Shown: positions 15,444 through 25,299 of the stretch, piece by piece
Layout of the letters: every line of letters starts with the position of its first letter
Numbering within the stretch: position 1 is the first letter of the stretch
Virus record (IMG/VR): IMGVR_UViG_3300037634_003862
Span: 1-36,110 of that record
Strand: one strand, 5' to 3'
Length of the DNA: 36,110 nucleotides
From: a virus
Lineage: Duplodnaviria; Caudoviricetes
Program-made: the position numbers and the translations under genes
Notes under the pieces: model-generated
What the model saw: the letters and a program-made list of their open reading frames with translations, nothing else
What the model was told of the DNA's origin: nothing
Databases searched by the model: none

Positions 15444-16847
15444 TTATGACAAGTCTTCAAAACTTTTACGAAGACTTAATCCTTTTAAACCTCGTTTTCC
15501 CCCGTGCGGTCGGTGTCTACGCAACACCCAACTACTCTGTGTTTCTATCTTTATCGATAATTGATTTCGTGCGACATGTAGATTTCGTATCGAGTTCGTT
15601 TTCAACCAATCTTTCCATTGCAACCATAACAAGTCTGTTGCGATAAATCCGGTTTCTTTTCTGATAAATCTTTCTTCTAAGAAGTAATCGAATGGGTTAT
15701 TTTGTAAGTGGTACATTTGAACCGCATCACCTGCTCTACTAGGAAGGGGGAACCTATCATCTTCCGCTTCTAAATCTATTGCTCCCTGTACAGCCCATGC
15801 AGCGATTCCTTCTAACTCTCCTAATAACTTATCAATTAGATAGGGGTCTTCTTTCCCTTCAAAGCTAACATCGAACGGTAACACTAACATCTTACTACTT
15901 AGACCCCTCCCCTTATTAGGTAGGGTGGGAATCTCGTTCGCTTGCACGATAGGCGCGGCATTGATTATCATGTTCCTCATCTGTCTCTTGTATTTAACAT
16001 TAACAGTGACGGGGTCTTGTCCAATGATGTTCTTCAACACTCTTGTTGCTTTCTCTCCTTCTCTCCCATCCAACTCACTTACCTCACTAATACATAGGAC
16101 TCTAGAATGCTCTAACCCATCTAACCCAAAGTCGTTAGACAAATCGTCTAGACTACTATTCATAAACGCATCATGGCCTAATAGTGTTTGTAATACCTTA
16201 CCAATAGTGCCTTTGCCACTTCTTACCTTTCCATACATGAGGAGCCATCGTGCGTGTCTCCTATGATTCATGAGGCAATACCCCATCCATCTCATCAGTA
16301 ACATGCTCCACTCTGGGTCATCATTCCCCCACTCTTTTAAACATTGCATCCATCGGGGACACTCGGCACCAGAGTTGTAATTGACAGGTAGAACTACAGG
16401 ATCGAACCAATCTTCTGTTCTCTCTAAGATCTCTCCCGTATTCGCATCCACCAGTACATCCTGAAATGCTATAACACTACCCGCATCCTTACTCGGGTCC
16501 TTCAACCACAGGGGGATATTAGAGTGGGGGATTCTCACCCTCGCTGCTAATCCTCTAATGATGTTATCTATTTTCTGTTTGTTGGGAGCGAGTCTTCGAA
16601 TACGAGGTATTCCATCTGCACCCATATCTTGATAGTGGGCATCCTCTAACTCTTTCCAACATAAATCTTCAACCCACTCCTGTTCTCTTCTTTCCCAACA
16701 ATCCCCGTACCATTGGTAAAAGTCTCCTCTAAACGCCCAGAGTCCCTGCTTACCAGAAGGTGTTCTAAAAACTCCTCTTAAAAGAGAGTCTGCAACCTTC
16801 ATAGGTTCTACAGAAGTTAGTGGTGCGTCTTGAGTTCCAACCGTCAT
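15444..16847 (-). CDS. SF3 helicase, D5/P4-alpha C-terminal type
   Basis: W...L..W...LL..WMGYCL, Walker A GKVRSGKGT, Walker B LCISE, LKNIIGQD.V.VN.KY, sensor VQAN, VLPF; ATG 16847 with SD AAAGGA. Confidence 0.88.
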   Translation of the reverse strand: MTVGTQDAPLTSVEPMKVADSLLRGVFRTPSGKQGLWAFRGDFYQWYGDCWERREQEWVEDLCWKELEDAHYQDMGADGIPRIRRLAPNKQKIDNIIRGLAARVRIPHSNIPLWLKDPSKDAGSVIAFQDVLVDANTGEILERTEDWFDPVVLPVNYNSGAECPRWMQCLKEWGNDDPEWSMLLMRWMGYCLMNHRRHARWLLMYGKVRSGKGTIGKVLQTLLGHDAFMNSSLDDLSNDFGLDGLEHSRVLCISEVSELDGREGEKATRVLKNIIGQDPVTVNVKYKRQMRNMIINAAPIVQANEIPTLPNKGRGLSSKMLVLPFDVSFEGKEDPYLIDKLLGELEGIAAWAVQGAIDLEAEDDRFPLPSRAGDAVQMYHLQNNPFDYFLEERFIRKETGFIATDLLWLQWKDWLKTNSIRNLHVARNQLSIKIETQSSWVLRRHRPHGGKRGLKGLSLRKSFEDLS

Positions 16848-16865
16848 TGGTGTATCCTTTACTTT

Positions 16866-19865
16866 ATGCCCGAACAACAAACAGTGAATCCCCCAGTCAA
16901 TTCTAATTCAGGTTCGAGTTCAAGTCAGGATACGAATCAATCAACACCCAAGGTAGATGATACCATAGATGAACTACTTCAGGGGGAAGAAGAGAGAGAG
17001 AAAAAGAAAAGTTGGATAGATTCTATGTTGGAGGCCGCGAAGAGGAGAAACATGGCTCTTCGTGGTATCAGCCAAAAGGATCTTGAGGAGGGAAGAACAC
17101 CTGAAAGTGTGAAGCATCTTTACACTATTACATCCGAGGAACTTTTGAACCCACATAAGGCAAGGGACTTTGTCACACGGGGTAGTAAGTTCATAAGGGA
17201 GGAAAGACAAAAAGAAAAAGACACGATGCTTGCGGGTCCCACTTATGAATATGAGCATGATAATATTATTTATAAAGGGATGAGAGTTCCTTCGGGTAGG
17301 AGTGTACCTTTAACAAAAGAAGAAATAAGGAAGGGGTATGTTAAGGGAGCGACTATCTATGAGCAAAAATACCAGATAACTCACGATGACCCTACCTACA
17401 TTAAAGATTACTTCTTTAGGACAGGTAAGCATCCGGCACAAGATCCCAATAGTAATTGGACTCCAGACGAACGTAGAGAAGGAAAACAGTCATGGCAACC
17501 GGATGAGGTGCTTAAAGAATGGTGGGCCAAAAGAGCTAGGGATGCGAGGGATCCTGCTATTAAGGAAGCAAATGAATGGTTAGAGTCTGATGAAGGAAGA
17601 AAAGCAGAAAAAAATATAAGCGATTCTTATCAAGTAAAGATAGATACTTTACTAGAAGAAGAAGAAGCAAATAAATGGGGCCACAGATTTTCTCGGAGAG
17701 ACTACTATGATAGGTATAAAAAGCTTCGACAAGAAGAATATGATGCGATTAATCAATTAAAAAGTGATAGGGCAAATCAGCACGAAAGTCGTATAGGTAA
17801 AGAAGGTGTTCCTGCTAAAGAAGGAAGAATCCAACCGGGCATTCGTGGCGGTGGTGTAGAAGCGGGATCTCCTGACGATGTTCAAGGCGAGGCGTTGCGA
17901 CAGCAGGTAATAGACGTATCTCAAAATGCGACACAAACAGTTCACAGTAATGTAAGCCAGCAAAAAGAAAAGCAGATGTATCAAGATGCAGTTGATAGGG
18001 CCGCTAGTGGTCCCGTGGCTGATGGTCCTGCAAACACTAATGTTAAACTACCAAGGGGAGAGCACCAAGCTCCCGTAGTAGAAGAACCTCAACCTGTAGA
18101 AGAACTCACACCACTACGCCTCTCTCCCGATTCTGGAAGAGATAAACTCCTGCCTCATATCGAACAACTCCTTCCACCAGAGCCACCACCTGCTCACATA
18201 ATAAGTGAATTAAATAATCAACAACAAGACAACAGAGATGTGGATGCCGCTATTGCTCCTATACAAGCAGGGTTCATTTCGGGTCCCCCTGCATCTAACA
18301 CTGTAGAGGATCCCACTTGGGGGCTACGGGAGTGGACAACATTGGGACTTATGGGTGAGACTGCTCGTCAGCTAAGTAAAACTGTCTCCAATCGAAGGTT
18401 CAGGAAAAAGGCAGATGCCCCTGCTCCTACCGATACAAGTGGTAAGAGTGCGAAGGTTCGACCGTTAGGAACTAAATGGAAGCGAGGAACTAAATGGAAT
18501 CCATTAAATTGGCGTAGAACAATGCCGGGTGGTACTATTAATCCTTCAGGTAAACCAAGAACCCCAATAGAACTACCACCTGAATTGTACAAGGGAGTAC
18601 CTCGTCCTCCTGGGTATGAAGGACGACCTATATCAGTTTCAGGTGGAGATGCTCCTGTTCCTGAGTTTACTCCCGAGCAAATTGCACACCAAAGAGAATA
18701 CCAACAAAGACACGCGGAAAGTATCAAGAGACGAAGAGCAGCAGCGAAAGCGGCAGAAGCGAAAAGGAAAACTACTCTTCCTACTGTTGATTTAACTCCA
18801 GCTCCTGAAGTGGCAACCGATTATTACGAAACGAAGTGGGAAGAGTTCAAAAGAAAGATTCAGACTCCAACTCAGGCAAGGTTAGATGCCGTTGAATTAG
18901 AACTTCCACCACGTACTTTTGATGCGACTCCTAAAGATGCAGCGAAGACTAAAAAAGTATTAAGTGATATAAATGCAGACCTTGCGGGACCAACCCATAT
19001 GGAACAGACAATAGAAAATGCAGGTTACGGGGATTCTGGAGATGGGAAACGAAAGACTCCTTCTCATAGTGAACTAACAAGAGAATATGCAGGTGATCCA
19101 GGCGATTATATTCCACCCGAGGAACTTTTAGATGCACCTAGCCCAGAAGAAATAAGAGAAATCAATGCAGCTAAACAGGCAGACGCAGACTTTGATCGTA
19201 AATATGTCCAAGATGACCTGTTTGACGAGGCTCACAATAAGAAAATAATAGAGGGTATCACTGAACCGAATGATATAGACCGCCTTTTAAATGAGATTGA
19301 AAAAGATGTTAAACCTAAAGGTAAAGGTAAAGATACAAGACTGGGTTCAACGGGTGGTAATATCACTAAAGAAGATCTTATGGCCGCGGCAAAAGGCGTT
19401 AAAAGTGCAACGACAAAAGTTAGAAACGTAATTAATCAAAACCCTGGTGGTGCTAAAGCAGGTCTTATACTTTCACTCTTAGGTCTTGCCGCTTCTCATA
19501 GAGGAAATTCTTGGGATTGGGGTGACTTATTTAGTAGTGATGCCTGGGCAGGAGCGAATATTGGTGGTGCATTCGCGGATGCAGGTAAGGCGATGATAGG
19601 TATGGATACAACGGGTTCAGTAACTAGCAACTATGCGATTCCTGGAATGACTTCTACAGGGATGGATATGGGTGTGTTAGCAGGAACCGCATTAAGATTT
19701 CCTGGAGAAGCTTTGAAGGGAGCGAAAGGTATGGTTGATACATTAACCAAGGGTGCTTTCGAAGGACTTACTGGGGAAGATTCTGATGAGATTATGAAAG
19801 CAATATATGAAGCCAAGGACAAAGCAGCCAGACATAAGGGTTCAATGATTTCCCGTTGGAGATAA
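16866..19865 (+). CDS. large low-complexity protein (possible internal virion/ejection protein)
   Basis: About 1000 aa from ATG 16866; P/K/E-rich, apparently disordered middle; G/A-rich hydrophobic C-terminal region. Confidence 0.6.
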   Translation: MPEQQTVNPPVNSNSGSSSSQDTNQSTPKVDDTIDELLQGEEEREKKKSWIDSMLEAAKRRNMALRGISQKDLEEGRTPESVKHLYTITSEELLNPHKARDFVTRGSKFIREERQKEKDTMLAGPTYEYEHDNIIYKGMRVPSGRSVPLTKEEIRKGYVKGATIYEQKYQITHDDPTYIKDYFFRTGKHPAQDPNSNWTPDERREGKQSWQPDEVLKEWWAKRARDARDPAIKEANEWLESDEGRKAEKNISDSYQVKIDTLLEEEEANKWGHRFSRRDYYDRYKKLRQEEYDAINQLKSDRANQHESRIGKEGVPAKEGRIQPGIRGGGVEAGSPDDVQGEALRQQVIDVSQNATQTVHSNVSQQKEKQMYQDAVDRAASGPVADGPANTNVKLPRGEHQAPVVEEPQPVEELTPLRLSPDSGRDKLLPHIEQLLPPEPPPAHIISELNNQQQDNRDVDAAIAPIQAGFISGPPASNTVEDPTWGLREWTTLGLMGETARQLSKTVSNRRFRKKADAPAPTDTSGKSAKVRPLGTKWKRGTKWNPLNWRRTMPGGTINPSGKPRTPIELPPELYKGVPRPPGYEGRPISVSGGDAPVPEFTPEQIAHQREYQQRHAESIKRRRAAAKAAEAKRKTTLPTVDLTPAPEVATDYYETKWEEFKRKIQTPTQARLDAVELELPPRTFDATPKDAAKTKKVLSDINADLAGPTHMEQTIENAGYGDSGDGKRKTPSHSELTREYAGDPGDYIPPEELLDAPSPEEIREINAAKQADADFDRKYVQDDLFDEAHNKKIIEGITEPNDIDRLLNEIEKDVKPKGKGKDTRLGSTGGNITKEDLMAAAKGVKSATTKVRNVINQNPGGAKAGLILSLLGLAASHRGNSWDWGDLFSSDAWAGANIGGAFADAGKAMIGMDTTGSVTSNYAIPGMTSTGMDMGVLAGTALRFPGEALKGAKGMVDTLTKGAFEGLTGEDSDEIMKAIYEAKDKAARHKGSMISRWR

Positions 19866-19866
19866 T

Positions 19867-20442
19867 ATGAGTGAACAATTCTACATAGGATTTGGATCGG
19901 GTATCAAACTTCTCTCGGAAGATTGGTACATCAAAGAGTTTGGGACTAACATCACCAAGAAGGCGTTTAGAGCTTTCTGTCGTGCGTTAGGTGTGCCTCT
20001 AATTGAAATAAGCAAAACGACTTATGTAGAGATGAACTCATTTCAGCTAGCACTTAAAGCGATAACTAGAGTGGGGGAACCAGACTTCTTTGTGTCGGGT
20101 TGCCAGTCTATTGCTAGTGGTAAGAAGAAACCTTCTAAGTTAAACCCTCAGTATGTAGCAAAGAACCTCGAACCCTTGCTTTGTGAGTTACTTGCGTGTA
20201 AGGCAATTGGGGGCTTGGTTATGACTAGCGAGACTAAGACCGCAGCTCGGATTGCAGCTGAACGAATGGCTCGGGCAGGGATAGCAGAACTAACGGAAGA
20301 GTTTCAGGAAAAACATACCAAGAAATCAATTCGTGTCTTTGGTGACACAACCAAGCGACCAGGCAGTATACTAGACATATATGGCGAAGAAGAACCTAAT
20401 GAAGAACCCGACACAGGGGACGATCCAGAAAGTAACCTCTGA
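19867..20442 (+). CDS. hypothetical protein
   Basis: 191-aa ORF with SD GGAG, 1 nt after the previous stop. Confidence 0.65.
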   Translation: MSEQFYIGFGSGIKLLSEDWYIKEFGTNITKKAFRAFCRALGVPLIEISKTTYVEMNSFQLALKAITRVGEPDFFVSGCQSIASGKKKPSKLNPQYVAKNLEPLLCELLACKAIGGLVMTSETKTAARIAAERMARAGIAELTEEFQEKHTKKSIRVFGDTTKRPGSILDIYGEEEPNEEPDTGDDPESNL

Positions 20443-20920
20443 GGAAGTAATCACTTCCTTTTACGGTTTAGATGGAGCCGCCGCAGCCATCAAAGCCTCC
20501 ACCTTTGATGTGATGGAGGAGTTGAATACTATCATTCAACATGTAAGAGACCCCGACCCTAAAGTTAGTTTACCAGCACTTAGACAATTTCGTGGTGTAA
20601 TGAAGGAGATTGTCTCCGCAAATGGTATGATAGGAAATGTGACACAAACGGAGACAGTACCTGACTCTAACGTAAGTCGTACAATGTCGTCTTCAACTTT
20701 ACTGACAAACCTGAGGAATCAAAATGGCGAAATCAACGACCAAAAAGAAATCAAGCAAAAGCACGAAATCCTCTGCCCCCTCGACAGTGGTAGCAGAGAA
20801 ACCAAAGAAGAAGAAGTTAAGCTTGAAAGCAAAGAAGGCGGTGGGGATACTCCGAACGATGGAGATGATGGAACTAATCCAAGAATCAGCTCCATCGATC
20901 CAGGATGTGGGAATCTATGA
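20381..20920 (+). CDS. hypothetical protein (terminase small subunit candidate)
   Basis: Upstream of the terminase large subunit; helical core; no diagnostic motif. Confidence 0.4.
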   Translation: MAKKNLMKNPTQGTIQKVTSEEVITSFYGLDGAAAAIKASTFDVMEELNTIIQHVRDPDPKVSLPALRQFRGVMKEIVSANGMIGNVTQTETVPDSNVSRTMSSSTLLTNLRNQNGEINDQKEIKQKHEILCPLDSGSRETKEEEVKLESKEGGGDTPNDGDDGTNPRISSIDPGCGNL

Positions 20921-21140
20921 TGTAGAGGATTGGAGTAAAGGATTCAATTCTTTATTCAAAGAATTACAATCAACAATCTTTGATAAAGATTTAAAACTAC
21001 ATGATGCTCTTATACCTGTAATTGAAGAGTTAGAAAATGAATCTTTTTGCGGTGCAGACGGAGAAACACTTGCTAGATCCCTAGCGAGGATAATAGGTGT
21101 TCTAACCTTTATAAAAATAGCTACTAATCGGAACCCATAA
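20724..21140 (+). CDS. hypothetical protein with K/S-rich basic N-terminus
   Basis: SD GAGGA before ATG 20724; TAATG coupling to the terminase large subunit. Confidence 0.65.
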   Translation: MAKSTTKKKSSKSTKSSAPSTVVAEKPKKKKLSLKAKKAVGILRTMEMMELIQESAPSIQDVGIYDVEDWSKGFNSLFKELQSTIFDKDLKLHDALIPVIEELENESFCGADGETLARSLARIIGVLTFIKIATNRNP

Positions 21141-23077
21141 TGGCTATATGGGTATCTCCAAATAATAATCCCTTCTATCCTTTACCTGCTGATTATCCAG
21201 AACTATCAGTTGAGGGTCAAAGAAAAGCACGAACGAATGCTTGTAGTTTATGGACTGTTAAGGGAAGAACAGAGAAGGAAACAGCAGAAGCGTTTGCTGC
21301 ATGTCTGAGATTCTTTGATCTTTATTATCTACATGCAGATGAGGCAATAGACTTTAACCCTCTCTTCTATGATGATGATCCTCTAGAAACTCCCATATTC
21401 CATTATGATATTTTAAAGCAATGGGCATCCTCACCCCGTAACATTTGTATTGCACCACGGGGCAGTGCTAAATCATTCTTAGTTCGTAAAGCATGTTTGC
21501 TCCGAATGGTAACCCGTCCCATGTATACAATCCTTTACGCAACATCTACGAATGATAATGCAAGAGGTACGGGTCAAGCATTGAAGGATCAGTTCCAACA
21601 TAACCAAAGGTTACATGATGATTGGAATCCCGAGTTTCCAGATAATCGTATGGTTCCTAAACGAGGTGAAGCACCATTCGGAACAGAGATGATGCAACTA
21701 AGAAATGGTAGTTGGCTTCGAGCTATCTCTGCTGAGTCTAGACAACGGGGTGGTCGTCCTCGTAGATATGTTTTGGACGATCCTGAGTATGACCCAAAGG
21801 CTTCAACTTCTATGAATCTGATTCGACAGTATATGGATGACCTACTCTTTAAGGTGGTTCTTCCTATGGTCATGCGGGCGGGGTGTGGTGTTGATTGGTT
21901 AGCAACATTCGTGTCTAGAAGGCACTATGCTTGGCATGCATTACAAACACAACAAACCAAAACAGGTGAGGTCGTTGCGCAAGATCCTCGTTTTAATCTG
22001 TGGTCACGAATGATTGTTCGTGTAGCCTATGAAGAAGACGATGGGAGTGTTGTTTCTTGTTGGCCTGACATGTGGCCGGCAACAAGGGAAATTAAAAATG
22101 CAGACCCTAGACTTAAGGATAGAGTGTCTCTTGAAGAGATTCGAGAGATTATTGGCACACCTAACTTCCTTGCTGAGTACATGGCAAGACCAGGTGAAGG
22201 AGAAGGCACGTTCTTTCCTGTGCTTCAAAAAGAAACTCACGGTTGGTGGCTTGAAGATGTAGACCCGATGATGGAAGTAGATCCTCATAGAAGTAATACT
22301 CTCATGTGTTGGTACTCAGGAAACGAACTTAAGAAGAAACTTATGTGTGAGTTCCTCCTATTGAATAGAGTATTCATAACAGCAGATACTTCATACACAG
22401 CAACATCAGACTCAGACTTTAAGGTTGCTTGTGTCATGTCGATTAACTCTGAAAACGAATTGTTTATATTAGATATCTGGAGTGCTCAGTGTAGAGAAGA
22501 CGAACTTATCAAACAGATAATGAAACTCGCAGATCACTGGAAAGCACCCACTGTTCACATAGAAGCAATTAAACATGGTATAGGGGTGTACAATACTTTA
22601 GACTCATTAGTAAGAACTAAGGCTAAGGACATGATGGGGATAGAACATATCCCAGGGATTAAGAAGCTTAATCCGGGTATGCTAGAGAAATCAGCGAAGA
22701 TAGCGTCTTTGTCTCTGAGATTCGAACATGAGAAGATTAAGTTCCCCTTGTGGAAGAACGACTCTGCTTTTAGACGTTTGAAAGATCAAGTAGAACAATT
22801 TAATCCTGATGCTAGAGACGGTGGATTACAACACGATGATGAGCTAGATTGTGTTTCTATGTCACAATTTGTAATTAGAGGAAGAATGTCCACAATAAGA
22901 AAAGTAGACCTTCCCGACAAAACGCCCTTAGAGAAGCTAAAAGACGGAGAACTTGTAGATACGGACACAGGAACCTACACAGCACACGCTATTGATTGGA
23001 GTAAGGTTGCTGCTTCTGATATATTAGACATACTAGATAGGAGTATAAATGATGATACCAAACCAACCCGAGTTTGA
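21140..23077 (+). CDS. terL: terminase large subunit
   Basis: Walker A APRGSAKS, RGGRP, Walker B YVLDDPE, nuclease motifs ITADTS, HIEA, HDDELD. Confidence 0.9.
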   Translation: MAIWVSPNNNPFYPLPADYPELSVEGQRKARTNACSLWTVKGRTEKETAEAFAACLRFFDLYYLHADEAIDFNPLFYDDDPLETPIFHYDILKQWASSPRNICIAPRGSAKSFLVRKACLLRMVTRPMYTILYATSTNDNARGTGQALKDQFQHNQRLHDDWNPEFPDNRMVPKRGEAPFGTEMMQLRNGSWLRAISAESRQRGGRPRRYVLDDPEYDPKASTSMNLIRQYMDDLLFKVVLPMVMRAGCGVDWLATFVSRRHYAWHALQTQQTKTGEVVAQDPRFNLWSRMIVRVAYEEDDGSVVSCWPDMWPATREIKNADPRLKDRVSLEEIREIIGTPNFLAEYMARPGEGEGTFFPVLQKETHGWWLEDVDPMMEVDPHRSNTLMCWYSGNELKKKLMCEFLLLNRVFITADTSYTATSDSDFKVACVMSINSENELFILDIWSAQCREDELIKQIMKLADHWKAPTVHIEAIKHGIGVYNTLDSLVRTKAKDMMGIEHIPGIKKLNPGMLEKSAKIASLSLRFEHEKIKFPLWKNDSAFRRLKDQVEQFNPDARDGGLQHDDELDCVSMSQFVIRGRMSTIRKVDLPDKTPLEKLKDGELVDTDTGTYTAHAIDWSKVAASDILDILDRSINDDTKPTRV

Positions 23078-23363
23078 ACAAAAAAATTGCGTGGTTGTAC
23101 CATTGGCTTTTTTCGATAAAATAATGAGATGTTACTATGGAACAGGTCCTCGAGATGGGGATCCTATTTATCAACTTGAACCCGAAAACAAATCTACTGA
23201 AGTTATTCCTGACATATCAAAACTACAAGATGTTACAATGAAGGCAACATCTCCTGAAGGATATGAGCCAAGGGGCATTGCAGCAAAAAAATTAGAGGCT
23301 AAAAGTGGCACTAGACAGCGTAAAACTACCAAAGAACAAAGCAGACCTCGCAAGAGTAATTGA
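23049..23363 (+). CDS. hypothetical protein
   Basis: SD AGGAG; between terminase and portal. Confidence 0.55.
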   Translation: MMIPNQPEFEQKNCVVVPLAFFDKIMRCYYGTGPRDGDPIYQLEPENKSTEVIPDISKLQDVTMKATSPEGYEPRGIAAKKLEAKSGTRQRKTTKEQSRPRKSN

Positions 23364-25299
23364 CGAACATGCAGATCGTGAGGAATCACGACTCTCGTAT
23401 CGTAGAATTATGTGGCTATTAGCATGGCACTACCTATGTGGTGCTAGACGCTTTGACGTATTCGATCCCGGTTCAGGTGCTTTATCCCCCCACTACTTAG
23501 ATGAAGAAGGGAACATGGAGTTCCAGTCTCAAGAGATGTTGTCTGCGATTGATCGGGTCTCGGCTCGGTTGTCCTCCCTCGACATGCGACCCAAAGTTAT
23601 TCGTAAAGGAATTTCATTAAACAGCGTTAAAGAACGGTCTGTCGCACAGATTGTTATGGACCATGTGATTCCTAATGAACAACTAGATAGGGTCAAGACT
23701 CAGTTTGCACACATCTTCACCTCTCTAGGTTCTTGTGGAATCGCAGGTCATATAACTAATGCCGCTACTATAGGCTTAACTGCTGACTTAGAAATTATCC
23801 ATCCACGAGAATTGTTTCCTTTCCCATCTTTAGGCGCAGATTATACTAAGGCTAGAGGGCTAATGAGACAACGAACCGTGCCCCTGTCATTCCTAGAAGA
23901 GATGTTCAATAAGAAACTCAAAGGAAGTCTTAAGAAGATGGAGTGGTGGGAACAGAACATTGGAGAGATAGAAGAAGCAAGTATTGGGGCTGGCTCCGAA
24001 AGTGCCGCAGGAAAGAATCTAAAGTATTGGAGCGACACTAGTCAGGGTTCTGTTAGCCCTAATCAAAAGACAAAGTCTGCATTGGTAAAGATTAGAGAAC
24101 TATGGACTTATGGAGCGGGGGACACAGTAACAAGATATGTCGTGTCTAGTGGAGAAACCATACTTCATGACCAAGAGTTCGAAGACATGGAAGTATATTG
24201 TCCAATTGGATTCTCTAGGTTTATAGAGAACGGAACCTTTCATGGAGCAGGACTATTTGACCTGCTCTTTAGTCTTAGTAGAGAGATGGAAAAACTTTTA
24301 AAGTCCCTATTCAATAATGTTAGGGATACAGATAGGTATGGCGTTCTCGTTATGCCTCAAGGTCAATTCAACGATCGTGCTATGTTAAGAGATGTGGGGA
24401 ACGGACTTAGAGTTCTACCGTTCGAGCCTGATCCGGTAGTTGAAACCTTTAGACCTTTTAATATCAATCCTCATAACTCAGGAGATATTCCAGGTAAAAC
24501 CGCAGCATTTGCTAAGGATCTCTTAGATAAGATGAACCCTGTACAAGACCTCATTCGTGAGAAGGGTCGTGTAGATTCTGCGGTAGGCCTATCATTCCTT
24601 GATGAACAAATTAATAAGGCTATGACTAATCCTAGTAGAGGTGTAGAACAAGCATTTAGTGATTGCTACCGTTCTGTTCTTGCAGGTTCTATTAGAACCT
24701 TAATGGATAATGAAATATCTATACCCTTACATGATTTAAACTTAGAATTAGCAGGGGCAATTATAGATGCTGAAAAGAGTTTAGTATCCTTTCAGGGTAC
24801 GAATCCTTTACCTTCTCTAAAGAATGTATCTATAACTATTAAAGAGACAAGTCCTCGTTCTATGATAGCCCGTAAGACAGAAGCAATGGAAATGCTTAAA
24901 GTAGGGGTGACAGATCCAGATTCTTTTAAAATTTTAGTACTTAAAGAAGGATTGGACTTTGCTATTTGGTTAGACGAAGAGAAGTCTGCTTACGATATGA
25001 TTGTACGCAATTGTCTTGTTCTCTATGGAAATGGGGAACAACCAGGTCAAATTGTAATGACACCTCATACTGCAAGACCTGAATTCCAACTTCGTATCTT
25101 AATTGGTTTTATGTCAGGTCCTATTATGGCAATAGCCACCCCCGAAGTACAAAATGAGTTTATCAAGTTAAAGACGTTTCTATTAGAGGCTACTGGTGCT
25201 ATGATGCCTGAGGGTGTACCATCGCCAATGGAAGCAGCAATGAGTCAACAAATGGGCCAAGGTGGTCCAATGCAATTCCCACAACAAGGAGCAATGTAA
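23305..25299 (+). CDS. portal protein
   Basis: 664 aa, between terminase and scaffold/capsid; helical; Q/M/G/P-rich C-terminal tail typical of podovirus-type portals. Confidence 0.8.
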   Translation: MALDSVKLPKNKADLARVIDEHADREESRLSYRRIMWLLAWHYLCGARRFDVFDPGSGALSPHYLDEEGNMEFQSQEMLSAIDRVSARLSSLDMRPKVIRKGISLNSVKERSVAQIVMDHVIPNEQLDRVKTQFAHIFTSLGSCGIAGHITNAATIGLTADLEIIHPRELFPFPSLGADYTKARGLMRQRTVPLSFLEEMFNKKLKGSLKKMEWWEQNIGEIEEASIGAGSESAAGKNLKYWSDTSQGSVSPNQKTKSALVKIRELWTYGAGDTVTRYVVSSGETILHDQEFEDMEVYCPIGFSRFIENGTFHGAGLFDLLFSLSREMEKLLKSLFNNVRDTDRYGVLVMPQGQFNDRAMLRDVGNGLRVLPFEPDPVVETFRPFNINPHNSGDIPGKTAAFAKDLLDKMNPVQDLIREKGRVDSAVGLSFLDEQINKAMTNPSRGVEQAFSDCYRSVLAGSIRTLMDNEISIPLHDLNLELAGAIIDAEKSLVSFQGTNPLPSLKNVSITIKETSPRSMIARKTEAMEMLKVGVTDPDSFKILVLKEGLDFAIWLDEEKSAYDMIVRNCLVLYGNGEQPGQIVMTPHTARPEFQLRILIGFMSGPIMAIATPEVQNEFIKLKTFLLEATGAMMPEGVPSPMEAAMSQQMGQGGPMQFPQQGAM

